Of a DNA stretch of 64,000 bases, positions 19,401 through 29,257 are shown piece after piece. The translations under genes and the position numbers were made by a program. Source of the DNA: a virus; IMG/VR virus record IMGVR_UViG_3300037104_000756, positions 34,163-98,162 of that record. One strand, written 5' to 3'. Position 1 is the first letter of the stretch, and the number at the start of each line of letters is the position of its first letter. A model generated the notes under the pieces. The model made no database searches and was not told the origin of the DNA. It saw only the letters and a program-made list of their open reading frames with translations.

Positions 19401-21362
19401 AACTTTCAACCTGGACTCTGGGTAACGTTGACAGGATTCACAACCGCGCTCATCTTTAATAACCAGCAGTTTCAGGTTATCTCGGTGGATAAATCCATAG
19501 GCGTCCAGAACACCTCTTTCCAAGTGTATTTTGAGACTCCGAATTACGGCACAACTGCGGTTCCGATAGCGGAGACAGGAACAGCAACGTTCAATGCCAT
19601 CGAAATATATCGCTTGAGCGACGGCGGCGGTTCCTATTTGTTTGATGGTGCCGTGACGAATCCAGGCACGAGTATGTTTCTGTTTAACGATTTTGTCCCC
19701 GATTCAGACTTAGACATTCTTCTGGTTGCGCCGCTGGCGCATCAAAACGATCCGCCTCCAGGCGCGCCAGGGTCTTCCATCACTCCAACTGGCAACCTCA
19801 CGGCATATTGGAATGGTCGTCTCTGGATGATCGTTGGAAACTACGTGTACTTCGATGCGGGACCTGATTGCGAAAACGGCATTTCCCAAGAGTCATGGCC
19901 TCCCGCAAATCGGTTCCTATTTTCAGGACCTGCGTTTAATTTGGTTAAGACGGCGGATGGCTTAGGCTTGCTTGTCCAATTGGCTGATCGCTTTAATGTG
20001 ATTCTTGGCGGTCCCGAAACCATCAGCTTCTATCCATCAGACGCCCTCGACAATTTTGGAATCTCAAATCCCAACGCGATTTTTCGCGACGGATCGATCA
20101 TTGGTTTGTTTACGACGCAGAAACAATATTTTGAATTGCTTGGCAGTCAGAAGAATGAAATCGGCGAGCATATTGCCGACTATCTGACTGCTAATTTCGA
20201 TCCCGCAAAATCCTATGTGACTATGCACCGTAACGGGCTCGATGTTGGTATGTTTATCAGTAACGGTGTGGATCAAGTGCTTCGATTTGGAAGCAACATC
20301 GCTGCATGGAGCGTTCCTGCATTTCCATCTTTCGGTGCGGGCGCGATGCGGTCGATTGAAACTTCAGTAGGTATTACGACTCTGATGATTGCCGCGCCTG
20401 CGGGCGGGGCTACGACCGTGGTGGGTCCAGCAAATCCCACTTCAGGTACGAGTGCGGGGGTTGGAACTCCGTGGATTAATCCTAACAACATTACTGTTGG
20501 GAACCCGACAACCTACTCAACGGTCACTTTTACGGTGGCGGGCACATCGGCAGCGTTGCGCGCGTCGACATACGCGGTATCAATTCCCAACACTGCAAGT
20601 GTGCAGGGAATTCAAGTCTCGATTGTAGGAAAGCAGTCTGAGACATCTGGGGATTTGACTCTGAACATTACGCCGACCAATCCGGCAATCGGAGCCGAGA
20701 CGCATAATTTTTCATTTGGATTGACCAACACGACGGTATTATTTGGTAGCTCGACGGATTTGTGGGGTATGCCGTGGAGTACACCCCTTGGCGCGGGAGG
20801 GGTCAGCTTTGACATCTCTAGCGTGTTTACTGGATTGAGCGGAACGCCTGAAGTGTTTATTTCAGAAGTGCAGATCACGGTCACATATCAAAACCCAGGG
20901 AACTATCTGTACGCTCGCGATGTGAATTCTTGGGGAGACGCTGGCACCTTTGGCGCAAACAACGGCATACCTTATCCGTTGTGCAATATAGTGCTCGGCA
21001 GCATCACCCTATCGCAGCTTGGGGCTCCGCTGCTCCCACTGCAGCATGTTTGTGGATACTTTGATGCAGTCGGAACCTTAAATAACGGCGGGTCATCATA
21101 TCCCAATATTTGGATTTTGCCGAACGAGGTGAACGTTACGAAAGGCATCGGGTTCGTCTACTTGCCCGAGATATTACAAGAACCGCCCGAGGGGCAGAAC
21201 CAGCCGAGTGCTACTATCCTGGCGCTCAGATGGCCTGTGAATATGGCCAATTCCTTTTTGATGAGCCAATTTATCCACCATTGCCAGATTAAAATTCAAT
21301 TCGAGCCCGAGAACGCTCCGAATACGATCAAGGCTATCGCGTTCAAGGAAGACCAATCATGA
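16452..21362 (+). CDS. Large tail protein (nozzle/tubular B-like) with multiple inserted adhesin-like domains
   Basis: N-terminal RRPGF, later YWNGRLW...QESWP typical of nozzle proteins; internal PxW...DG..TWTN.G repeats and a CBM-like W...Y..G.IV.F.G.YW. Confidence 0.6.
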   Translation: MARKVSQSDPALAIEFFLSGFYTHRSQLFAPYKGIGVNVVSFHDPVIAGDNMEDTDLFEWQRRPGFSIFCAQPLADLEVVNQFDSSRNLKGVVVPWVDTNQRWATFSPTSITTIAVKTTPQQGYVSTIGNMTYFSDGASADLYKFDGTKLSAWGLAAPTIAPVSSGMGFWQPFTRLQLGNSILDPNGDVESVTAILIPSGSFESPTLATTKALGGSLTQTWTYDPVNGGYFVQMGYRLLQQGHSNSLSTSTIFTFPNPIVIGDVVVLTFGQGNTDVIPTVVSVTDSLGNIYTQQATRVGAFAGGGGHTFYSTAWVWTAPVTVGGACTVTVQVSIPGFGGLQVLAHEFSGISATISTSATNYAVNVGSLNTGTVTFGGADHLVVSSLLLFSTGPGSAPLDYPNGVSNISGEWQLYDAFAGHTSPQSPTWGIPAANGQALGISVVFPITTLVTGYSPWLFLGSLPLNIPVGATILGVQVSIPKRNESGVGAVIDHSVTLFIGGAATGTGLASAAAWSPSGYATEIYGGPDNVLGRWGFTPTAAQLNVNGTSGFGVGISAAIVDTTGGSVVPEVGFDSPNQPTVTVYFKQASGFSGPGITGANEPIWPTAIGNVVNDGGLTWTNYGPIQTWFPVTGYPTPVVVLDINGNLQLSTYLANPVPAWDVAVGYTTGQIVYFGGQYWLSVFSGTNTGVVPSTLYATTGTTTVPYWVLTTTPLVTGLTPPVWNTTIGGPTTDGSYTWTNIGQGTGLAFVGYAYVYGFRTIYGHLTTSSPFSNNTGAILGPLNGTITSYNITYGARVTSVAFVGNNNFVPGNIFTVSGLTQQPVGLTLNNLDFTVVSATPSSTFPLTATQVSGSTLLTVTAVNNLVVGQTVTFSGVSTDTFLNGITVTVLAGVTATQFTATIPTHANYGPTTETGIVIANGSYIATTQLAGTGVSGVILDAGEAMPLRSTITGAGTASPLCNSTASISAVSVTANIVTITASNNFQPGLWVTLTGFTTALIFNNQQFQVISVDKSIGVQNTSFQVYFETPNYGTTAVPIAETGTATFNAIEIYRLSDGGGSYLFDGAVTNPGTSMFLFNDFVPDSDLDILLVAPLAHQNDPPPGAPGSSITPTGNLTAYWNGRLWMIVGNYVYFDAGPDCENGISQESWPPANRFLFSGPAFNLVKTADGLGLLVQLADRFNVILGGPETISFYPSDALDNFGISNPNAIFRDGSIIGLFTTQKQYFELLGSQKNEIGEHIADYLTANFDPAKSYVTMHRNGLDVGMFISNGVDQVLRFGSNIAAWSVPAFPSFGAGAMRSIETSVGITTLMIAAPAGGATTVVGPANPTSGTSAGVGTPWINPNNITVGNPTTYSTVTFTVAGTSAALRASTYAVSIPNTASVQGIQVSIVGKQSETSGDLTLNITPTNPAIGAETHNFSFGLTNTTVLFGSSTDLWGMPWSTPLGAGGVSFDISSVFTGLSGTPEVFISEVQITVTYQNPGNYLYARDVNSWGDAGTFGANNGIPYPLCNIVLGSITLSQLGAPLLPLQHVCGYFDAVGTLNNGGSSYPNIWILPNEVNVTKGIGFVYLPEILQEPPEGQNQPSATILALRWPVNMANSFLMSQFIHHCQIKIQFEPENAPNTIKAIAFKEDQS

Positions 21363-21832
21363 ACCCGACAGATAACATCCTAACCCCGCATCCGGGGCAT
21401 ATACCAACTACCCCAATCATATGGCCCGCGCCTCGGCACGTATCAAACCAAGTTCAGCAAACGAAGGGATCAGCGAAACCGCAAGCCGCTAATGTGCTTC
21501 CGACAACGCAGCCGTCTGTTTCTGCGGTCGCTCCCCGCACCACACCAAAGAATGTGAGTCAAGTGCGCGTCGTGACGCGTCGACCTATTGCTGGGCAAAA
21601 GACAGTAACGGTGCAGTTCACTCACCCCGGAGACCCCTATTTTTCAGGGGCGAATGTTTATCTACGCCGCGCAGGGCAACAGCCAACCCTGGTTGCGGGC
21701 GGCGCGCAATCTCCGATTAGTTTTACTGTGCCCGTCAACGCCGCCGCGCATACAGTCCATGTAACCTCGGTGGGGAATTGGGGAGAGACCGACATTCTAA
21801 CCAGTCCTGCGCATCATGTGCATCTGGTTTAA
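21359..21832 (+). CDS. Putative virion protein with FN3/Ig-like C-terminus
   Basis: Coupled to 16452; YFSGANVY...VTSVGNWGE strand pattern. Confidence 0.5.
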   Translation: MNPTDNILTPHPGHIPTTPIIWPAPRHVSNQVQQTKGSAKPQAANVLPTTQPSVSAVAPRTTPKNVSQVRVVTRRPIAGQKTVTVQFTHPGDPYFSGANVYLRRAGQQPTLVAGGAQSPISFTVPVNAAAHTVHVTSVGNWGETDILTSPAHHVHLV

Positions 21833-21910
21833 GATTTCGCGATTGGGTAGTGCGCGTGACGAATCATTGGATTCAAGACTAATCAATTCATAAATGTAAG
21901 GAGCATTGTA

Positions 21911-22384
21911 ATGAGCGAAATACTGGGCTGGAAGTTTCGGTTGGCGGAACCCGCTGACGCAGAAGCCTTTACGCAGTGGACGTTGTCGAATCCACAGATC
22001 GACCCGAAGGATATTGAGGCGGCAAAAAAGGAAAACAATCCTACAGTTATCTATTTTGCGGCTGAAAATGCCGAGGGACAAGTGGTCGCATTCGCGCCTG
22101 TGTACCTGCAGATGATTTTGGCGCATCTGGTATTTAATCCAGACGCCGCAGGAAAAGACAAACTCCGGGCGATGCAATTTTTATTGAACGGCGCGGTTCT
22201 AGTCGCGATACAGCACGGCGTGCGGGAAATTGTGACACTAAGTAAAGAGAATTATCCGGTAGCGAAGTGGGCAGTGAAACACGGATTTGATTTGGAACCG
22301 CGACAACTTTTTAAGTTTGATATCAATCGCGTGTTGGACGCACCAGAGGAAGACAAGACATGTGCAGTTCAGGCGGACAAGTAG
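21911..22384 (+). CDS. GNAT-fold protein (T7 gp13-like position)
   Basis: FRLAEPAD...N.PV.KWA.KHGF; lies between the tail and ejection genes. Confidence 0.65.
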   Translation: MSEILGWKFRLAEPADAEAFTQWTLSNPQIDPKDIEAAKKENNPTVIYFAAENAEGQVVAFAPVYLQMILAHLVFNPDAAGKDKLRAMQFLLNGAVLVAIQHGVREIVTLSKENYPVAKWAVKHGFDLEPRQLFKFDINRVLDAPEEDKTCAVQADK

Positions 22385-23196
22385 CGCAAAACGACCAAGC
22401 CTTGCAAGATGCGAATCTTGCAGCGAATACGAATTTCCTGAATAACGCGAAGACTGCGTTTGGTGAACAGCAAGCTGTCCAAGCGAAGCAAACGGCGCTC
22501 GCCAACAATATGATGGCGAATCCCATGGGATATACGCCCCGGGAATTAGCGATTCAGACTACAGGCGTCAACGAGAATTTCGCGCGGTCAGCGCGGCAAG
22601 CTCTCGGGTCTGCAGCGGCTTTTGCGGCGGCACACGGCGGCGCGGATGTCGCGGGCGGCGGCGCAGCGCAGATAGCTGGGCAAATCGGCGCGACGGCGGC
22701 AACTGGAAAAGCAGGCGCGTTAGCGGACATCCAGTCGCGGAATGAAGAGATGAAACGCCAGAGCATGTTGACTGGTCTGCAAGAATTGAATACCGCAGGC
22801 GGCGCGGCTCAAGGTGCAGTCGGTGGCACTATCAGCGGCGCAGGAACAACAGGTGGGACCACAGTAGATGCAGGTACTGCTGTCACAGCAGCACAGCAAG
22901 CAAGCTGGGGAGATGTCACGGGCGTGTTGAGTGGTCTGAGTGGTTTGGCGCAAGCAGGCGCAACCGCATACGCTGGGAGATGCTGGATCGCGGCGGCTAT
23001 TTATGGTGGATGGGATGACCCGCGCACGAGTTTGGTGCGGTCTTATATTTTCGGTGATTTTTCAACCACATGGTATGGACGCGCGCTGGCTTGGCTCTAC
23101 GAACAAACGGGCGAGCGAATCTCAAAGAGACCTTTACTGGTGCGGATGCTGACGCCGATATTTAATTTAGCTCTGCGAAAAGCGCAGGAGAAGTAA
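22360..23196 (+). CDS. Putative ejection protein with CFI-box-CTERM-like C-terminus
   Basis: MC start, Ala/Gly/Gln-rich body, CWIAAAIYG...VR...YGR.L..LY..TG. Confidence 0.65.
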   Translation: MCSSGGQVAQNDQALQDANLAANTNFLNNAKTAFGEQQAVQAKQTALANNMMANPMGYTPRELAIQTTGVNENFARSARQALGSAAAFAAAHGGADVAGGGAAQIAGQIGATAATGKAGALADIQSRNEEMKRQSMLTGLQELNTAGGAAQGAVGGTISGAGTTGGTTVDAGTAVTAAQQASWGDVTGVLSGLSGLAQAGATAYAGRCWIAAAIYGGWDDPRTSLVRSYIFGDFSTTWYGRALAWLYEQTGERISKRPLLVRMLTPIFNLALRKAQEK

Positions 23197-23197
23197 C

Positions 23198-23917
23198 ATG
23201 GCTGAAACTGTAAACATCAAAAAAAGCTACAGCGCCTTGAATGAGGCTCTGGCTAAAACATTCGACGAGAGCGGCGTCAAGCGCAGTTTTACCGTGCCCT
23301 ACATCGAAGGTCAAGCGATGGCAGACCATATCAACTCGGTGGGTCAAGCTGCGTCACAGAGCGGCGGACTGTCGGGCAATCTCATCATGTCCGCGCATCA
23401 CTCTGGCGGTAAAGGGTACGGCAGCGGTGAAGGACATACGGTCGGACATCCTGCAGAAAAATTGCGGCAGACGATGATTCCGAAAGATGACGAGCATACT
23501 AAGACCGCGATTGCGGCAGCGCAAAAATGTATTAACAATTTCAAGTTTCTGTTGGGCGACGACGATTCAACTGTGCAGACGGCTCAAAACCAGTTGAATT
23601 TGGTCAAGCCGACGAATGCAGCAGGGATGTCGCTGTTTGATTTTGGCGTGTTGCTTATCCAGATTATGTTCAAGCCAACCCAAGCGGTTGCGCGGGCTCA
23701 TAATGGGACGAAACCTGGGGGACACTCGGCACATCTGCGAGGACCCGTTCAGGAAGCACCCCAAGCCGGTCAGGAAACGCAGGAAACCGCCCAAGGCGGC
23801 GCTCAAGAGGCTGGGACAGCACCAACAGGCACACCCGAGGCTCCAGAGGCTCAGGCAGCCCCAGAAGCGCAGGGCGCGCCATCTGGGCCAGCACCAGCAC
23901 CCCAAGCGCAAGGATAA
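23198..23917 (+). CDS. Putative internal virion protein
   Basis: In the ejection cluster; Pro/Ala/Gln tail. Confidence 0.5.
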   Translation: MAETVNIKKSYSALNEALAKTFDESGVKRSFTVPYIEGQAMADHINSVGQAASQSGGLSGNLIMSAHHSGGKGYGSGEGHTVGHPAEKLRQTMIPKDDEHTKTAIAAAQKCINNFKFLLGDDDSTVQTAQNQLNLVKPTNAAGMSLFDFGVLLIQIMFKPTQAVARAHNGTKPGGHSAHLRGPVQEAPQAGQETQETAQGGAQEAGTAPTGTPEAPEAQAAPEAQGAPSGPAPAPQAQG

Positions 23918-23923
23918 ATCATC

Positions 23924-25717
23924 ATGGCTGAAGTGAACGCACAAGAACCTAATCCGCAAGCTACGCCAGAATCTGTGGCCCAGCCCAACGCCCAATACGC
24001 CAACGCTCCGCTGGCGACGGCGAACGATGCTCCGACCGCGAGCGTCCCGTCGACTGCTCCAGCTAACGCACCCGCGAATGTTGGGCAGACTCCTGCTCCT
24101 CATGCTCGGTTGGCTGCGATGGTGCAGGGATTAGCCGATGGTCTTAGCGGACTGTCGGCGGGTATGGCGTCAAAAGGTAGAGTTTCGGGCGCTCAAGTTG
24201 TGCAGGAATTACAAGCAGGGCGTCAGCAGATGGCGCAGTCTAAAGTCGCCGCCGCCCAAGCGCAGAAGAGCGCGGAGATTGACAATAGTTTGAAGACGGC
24301 AGACACGAATCAAATCAACGTTCATACTCATATGCTCGTTGCTCAAGGACCAAATGAACTTGCCAAGACGCATTTAGAGGTGACAGGGGCAGAGCAAGCC
24401 CAAGCGATTACGGGGGCGGATTTCGCAGCGCAACATGGTGGTTCCGATCCTGATGAATTTAAGGCGAAGCTGAAAGACCAAACGCCGCTTAATGCAAATG
24501 GCGATGCAGCGGGATCATTTTTCATGAAGGGGGCGCAACGAGAACTTCGTGGCGCGCAAACGGCAGGAATTCCTGATGATAACCCTGCTGTGCAGAATAT
24601 GCAAAAGGTTCTTGCTGACCCGAAAGCCACTGCGGGCGATGTATATAGTGCGACGCAGCAACTTCAATTGGAAAATGCATCGCAGGGAAAAGCGATTGAC
24701 GAACAAGCGAAACGGCAAGCGGCAGCCGAGACGGCTCCACTCGGGGCAAAGGCAGATGAATTCAACAAGATGAACGAAGATCGGTATCAAATCCTGCACC
24801 CAGGTAAACCTCTGCCAGATGAGTACAAGGTAAATTCTGGCTCTACCCCGAAAGACCTAGATCGTATTCACACTACCTTAAAAGGTGCGGAGGATGCAAC
24901 CGGCACGAAACTGCAGCGAGACCAAGGAAATCAGTTTCGCCAACAAATGTTGGATTTACAGAAAGGGGTAGACATTCCTGGCGATAACACCAAAACGGGG
25001 CCTGAATACTTGGCTTCTTTGAGTAAAGAGAATCCTGCTATGGCTGCGAACGTGAGGCAGATCGGGGAAGGTCGTGGAGCACCCCCACCTGCAGGTGCCC
25101 GTACTCCTGCGGCGTTGAGGTTGTTGGGTGCAGTCAATCTCGCGTACCCAGAGTATGATGCGTCGCGTTTTCCTATATACCAGAAGACGCGCGCGGATTT
25201 CACTTCTGGCGGTCAGGTGGCTAAGTCTCTCAACGGCGGCCACACCGTTCTTCAACATTTGGCGGCGCTCCAGCAATTAAATACGGATGCAAGTCGCATC
25301 CCTGGGACCAAGGCGCACCAAGCATTTCAGAACCAGTTAGACACTCTCGCTCCCGAACTTGCTCGCTTCTACGGAAACGAAACCGTGGAAGGTATTGCGG
25401 GATATAAGTCTACCCTCGGATCGATCCTTAACCGTGACGTAGCTATCCAGCAGCAAGCAAAATCCATGAGGGAAAAATTCAACGGATTTCAAACTCAATG
25501 GGAGAGTGGATCACCTCCAGGCGCGGTGTCGCCCGTAACGATCTTTGGTCCGAAGGAACAGGAAACATACAATAAGATCACAGGCGAGGGTGGAGGGGCT
25601 TCAAGTGGCAAGGCGGTGAGTTTGGCAGAGGCTATGAAGCTGCCAGTAAACGCAGGGAAAACTGAAGATCAAGTTCGCGCGGATATCACATCCCACGGAC
25701 ATCAAGTGGGTCAGTAA
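23924..25717 (+). CDS. Putative ejection protein
   Basis: 597 aa, Gln/Ala-rich, helical, no Cys. Confidence 0.6.
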   Translation: MAEVNAQEPNPQATPESVAQPNAQYANAPLATANDAPTASVPSTAPANAPANVGQTPAPHARLAAMVQGLADGLSGLSAGMASKGRVSGAQVVQELQAGRQQMAQSKVAAAQAQKSAEIDNSLKTADTNQINVHTHMLVAQGPNELAKTHLEVTGAEQAQAITGADFAAQHGGSDPDEFKAKLKDQTPLNANGDAAGSFFMKGAQRELRGAQTAGIPDDNPAVQNMQKVLADPKATAGDVYSATQQLQLENASQGKAIDEQAKRQAAAETAPLGAKADEFNKMNEDRYQILHPGKPLPDEYKVNSGSTPKDLDRIHTTLKGAEDATGTKLQRDQGNQFRQQMLDLQKGVDIPGDNTKTGPEYLASLSKENPAMAANVRQIGEGRGAPPPAGARTPAALRLLGAVNLAYPEYDASRFPIYQKTRADFTSGGQVAKSLNGGHTVLQHLAALQQLNTDASRIPGTKAHQAFQNQLDTLAPELARFYGNETVEGIAGYKSTLGSILNRDVAIQQQAKSMREKFNGFQTQWESGSPPGAVSPVTIFGPKEQETYNKITGEGGGASSGKAVSLAEAMKLPVNAGKTEDQVRADITSHGHQVGQ

Positions 25718-27061
25718 ATGGCTGTTCCAACAACTCAAGCTGCCGATCCATACGCAGACATCGCGACTCCTATCCAAGCCGCGACGGGTCAGCCGTCCGC
25801 CTCTTCGACAGCACCTGATCCTTATGCATCTATCGCAACCGACATTTCTCCTGCTGAAGGAGCACTCTCTAAAATCGGAGATTTTGCGAAAGGTACTGCT
25901 GAAGGTGCGGTCACATCGATGGGCGAGACGATTCAATCTCTGCCTTGGATCGGGAAGAAGATAATTTCACCTGACGCCATGACGGCGGAACGTGCATACT
26001 TTGCCCCAGGTACGCCAGCAGAAAAATATGGACAGACAACTGGGCATTTAGCCGAACCTCTGTTGGAGTTTGTTCTGGGTGACGCCGCTCTGAAAGGTCT
26101 TACTCTATCTGATAAAATTGGACTGGCGGGAAAAATTTCAAAGATCGCACAAGATTCGCCATATATCGGAAAACTACTACAGCATGGAGTTAACGCGGCT
26201 CGAATGGGAACCGTCGGGACGACCGAAGCGTTAGCAAAGGGTGCCACGCTACCACAAGCGCTTGAGACAGGGGCTGCAACTGGAATCGGCGGCGAAGCCC
26301 TATCTGCCATCGCCGAGCCCGTGGCGAACGCCATCAAGAATCCATTTCGAACCGCCAAGGCGATAGCTAGTCCCTTCACAGGGGGGGCTATTCAACCCGC
26401 TCTAAAATCAGGCATACAGGATGTTTGGGATTCTGTCGCAGAGAGAGCAGGCGTAGCAAAACCCGTCTCTTCTTCTGTGCAAGATTTAGGCCAGGAAGTC
26501 GGCGATAACATTCTGGCGCGATCCAAGGCTAACTACAAAATGATCGATACGGCTACCGATGGCCGATTTTCAGGAACCGAGAAAGCCCTCAAAGATGTGA
26601 ATAAAGAGTTGCAATCTGTAACGAACGACACCGAAGAGCAGGCTCTTCTTGTTCGTAAAACAAGGCTAGAACTACAAATGGATCAGATGATGGATGAGGC
26701 GGCGACTAAGGGGGTTTCTCAGGCCCATGTCGACGCAGCCAAAAGCGATTTCAAGCAGGCCCAAGCTATCTACGACACGAACCATCAAATTCGAATGGCC
26801 ACTGCGGGAGTACGGCCAGGAATGCAGGGCGCAAAGGATGTTCCCGAGGAAGTTAATGCAAAGTCTCTGCTGAATCGACTGAATAAACTTCTGAATAAAG
26901 GTCGCCTACAGCAAGCCGTGGGGGAGGATTCTGCCGAGGATTTGATTGGACACTCCGCAATCGCGCAGAAGGCAGCTAAAGATGTGACCCGTAACCAGAG
27001 AATTGGTGGGGCAGTAGTCGCTGCCGCTGGGTACGGGGGCGCTAAGAAATACCTACCGTGA
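25718..27061 (+). CDS. Putative ejection protein
   Basis: DPYA repeats at the N-terminus, Gly/Ala-rich hydrophobic segments. Confidence 0.6.
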   Translation: MAVPTTQAADPYADIATPIQAATGQPSASSTAPDPYASIATDISPAEGALSKIGDFAKGTAEGAVTSMGETIQSLPWIGKKIISPDAMTAERAYFAPGTPAEKYGQTTGHLAEPLLEFVLGDAALKGLTLSDKIGLAGKISKIAQDSPYIGKLLQHGVNAARMGTVGTTEALAKGATLPQALETGAATGIGGEALSAIAEPVANAIKNPFRTAKAIASPFTGGAIQPALKSGIQDVWDSVAERAGVAKPVSSSVQDLGQEVGDNILARSKANYKMIDTATDGRFSGTEKALKDVNKELQSVTNDTEEQALLVRKTRLELQMDQMMDEAATKGVSQAHVDAAKSDFKQAQAIYDTNHQIRMATAGVRPGMQGAKDVPEEVNAKSLLNRLNKLLNKGRLQQAVGEDSAEDLIGHSAIAQKAAKDVTRNQRIGGAVVAAAGYGGAKKYLP

Positions 27062-27123
27062 GTTGAATGACGTTAGTAGGATATAAACGCCGTAGGCAAG
27101 CAGCAGCAGACTTAAAATTCCCA

Positions 27124-27681
27124 TCATGATTGTTTTCTCTCTAGGCGATTTGGCGGCGTGATACCCCAGCCGAGACTTCGAAGCCACTCAGCTAGTTCTT
27201 GTTCGCTATGCCCTCGCGAATGATTGCCTTTTAACTGAATACTTAGGTTGGTTAGATCGTTGCAAGCGCGCCCGTTGATCCCATGGTGAACATCTTCGTT
27301 GGGTTTGAGCGGACGACCAAGGAACTGAGCCATAACATGTCGATGCTCTAGGACTCTTTTGCCATTATAGGTGATGACGCGGTATCCATGAGTATCCAGC
27401 GATCCTGCACCGAATGGCGCTTTTATGCCTCTGCTGCATCCTGTGGTGAGACTCGCAGTTACTACGTCGCGCCGTACGCGTCGGATTTTATCCATACAAT
27501 CCCAAGTGGGTTTGGCGGATCGCGTGCGTTTTCCGACGCCGATGACGCGCAAGTTTCCAAACACCATGTTAGTGAGATCGGGACTGTGGCGGCACATATG
27601 CTTTGCGGGTCGGAGACACGGGCGCGCTTCGGTCATGCACCCTCGTTTGATCATTTTGCCGCAAAGTGTTTTGGTCTTCAT
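27124..27681 (-). CDS. HNH homing endonuclease
   Basis: DLT...FG.L.V, HGYRVI, EHRHVM...LGRPL...EDVHH.INGR.CN.L.NL. Confidence 0.85.
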   Translation of the reverse strand: MKTKTLCGKMIKRGCMTEARPCLRPAKHMCRHSPDLTNMVFGNLRVIGVGKRTRSAKPTWDCMDKIRRVRRDVVTASLTTGCSRGIKAPFGAGSLDTHGYRVITYNGKRVLEHRHVMAQFLGRPLKPNEDVHHGINGRACNDLTNLSIQLKGNHSRGHSEQELAEWLRSLGWGITPPNRLERKQS

Positions 27682-28245
27682 GTTCGTAGTATATCACGAA
27701 GTATCCGCAAGAGTCCACTTCAGTTACTAAAGCGGCAGACTGTCCAGCACATCATAAATATTAGCCATATAGACCAGAACACAATCATCGCGGCCAGCTT
27801 GGTGGTAGCGGTGTGGGACCACCTGGATTAGGCATCGGAGAGCAGGCTGACGGAGGTAGGCCACCGCAAGGGTCGTACGGGCCATTTTGGGCGAGTACCG
27901 ACACTGTGCTGGACAACCCATAAATGAGCAGCCCGAGTGCTAGAACTGCAGAAAGACTAATCGTTGCAAGTGTAATTTTCATTGCGGCTCCTTTACTGAG
28001 AGAATGCGAACTTCAGGACCATCGTTGGCGGAGTCCGCATCATTGAACAGACTGTTGATGAGTGACGCCAACAGTGGCATCTGATACGCCGCCAGTGCGG
28101 CTACGATCATCGTTCGTTCACCAGAGGTGATTTCGATTTTACGTTTCATGCTGGTCTCCTAGTTTTCTTATCGGGATATTTTGCGAGTGCTTTTTCAACA
28201 AGGCGTTTGATATGGTTGAATTCCTTCACGGTCTTCCATGCGTTA

Positions 28246-28289
28246 AGGATACCAAGGACCTTGCGACAGTGCAATGGTACGAAGGTACT
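28246..28289 (-). promoter_or_regulatory. sigma70 promoter with GTAC box
   Basis: AGTACCTTCGTACC-A-TTGCAC-17-TATCCT. Confidence 0.7.
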
Positions 28290-28546
28290 GCCCGGATTAA
28301 GACTTTCTCTCGTATAGTGTAGGCAGGAGAATGCTATGGAGCGCTCACCCGTTTGCCCAAAATGCCTCTCGAAATTTTTAGACATCCGAGGGTGCATATA
28401 TCATGGTAAGACCGCCAGCACCATTTGTGAAGATGCATGGCATCGCGGCGCTGATTATAATCCTGACGTGCTAGTTCTGACTGCTCAGGACCGCGATTTT
28501 CTCGCAAGTGTGAAAGTTAGTTTGGAACCGCAAAGGAAGGCACTCC

Positions 28547-28930
28547 GTGGCTGAAACACAGAATGGTGTTGTGGTAGGGATCGAGGTATTAGCCGAGCGC
28601 ATCGCTAACCTCTCGAAAAAACTAGACGAGCAGATTGCGTTGTCCAAGACATCGGTCGATGCCGCTTTGACCGCTATTCAAGTCGCTAAGTCGGACCAAG
28701 AACGCACGGTGACCGTAGCTTTCGCTGCGAGCCAATCGGCTATTACGAAAACGGAACAATCACAGAAGGAGAGCAACCAGAATATCGGCATCCTGCAGAA
28801 CGACGTGGTCCGCCTCAAGGAATCGCAAGCGCAGTCGAGCGGTAACACGGGCGGCATGAAGGAAATGTACGGGTATATTTTTGCTGTCATTATGGTGATC
28901 GTGGATATATTCATGGGACTCCGCAAGTAA
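28547..28930 (+). CDS. Coiled-coil protein with C-terminal TM helix
   Basis: Heptads followed by YIFAVIMVIVDIF. Confidence 0.55.
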   Translation: MAETQNGVVVGIEVLAERIANLSKKLDEQIALSKTSVDAALTAIQVAKSDQERTVTVAFAASQSAITKTEQSQKESNQNIGILQNDVVRLKESQAQSSGNTGGMKEMYGYIFAVIMVIVDIFMGLRK

Positions 28931-28939
28931 AGGGGAATC

Positions 28940-29257
28940 ATGCATCCACGTTTAGATTTGGTAGATCAGATTATCCGCATTCTTGGCTGGCCCACACTGC
29001 TGGGTGGATTGGGCTGGGCGATCCGCAAATGGGATGACGGTCAACGTGACTTCAAAGTGATGGGGGAGAATACACGAATCGCGGTCGCAAAGATTGCTAC
29101 AGTTGAGACCGAGGTGCTGGCGATTAAAAACAACCACCTTGCTCATTTGCAGGAAGGTATCGTTGCATTGAGCGCAAGCAATGACAAAGCGGTTGAAATT
29201 TTGCAGACTATCAGTAAAGACATTGCGGTGTTGGTTGACCGCACACCACGCGCTTAA
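28940..29257 (+). CDS. N-terminal TM plus coiled-coil protein (holin-like, uncertain)
   Basis: ILGWPTLLGGLGWAI followed by NNHLAHL. Confidence 0.5.
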   Translation: MHPRLDLVDQIIRILGWPTLLGGLGWAIRKWDDGQRDFKVMGENTRIAVAKIATVETEVLAIKNNHLAHLQEGIVALSASNDKAVEILQTISKDIAVLVDRTPRA

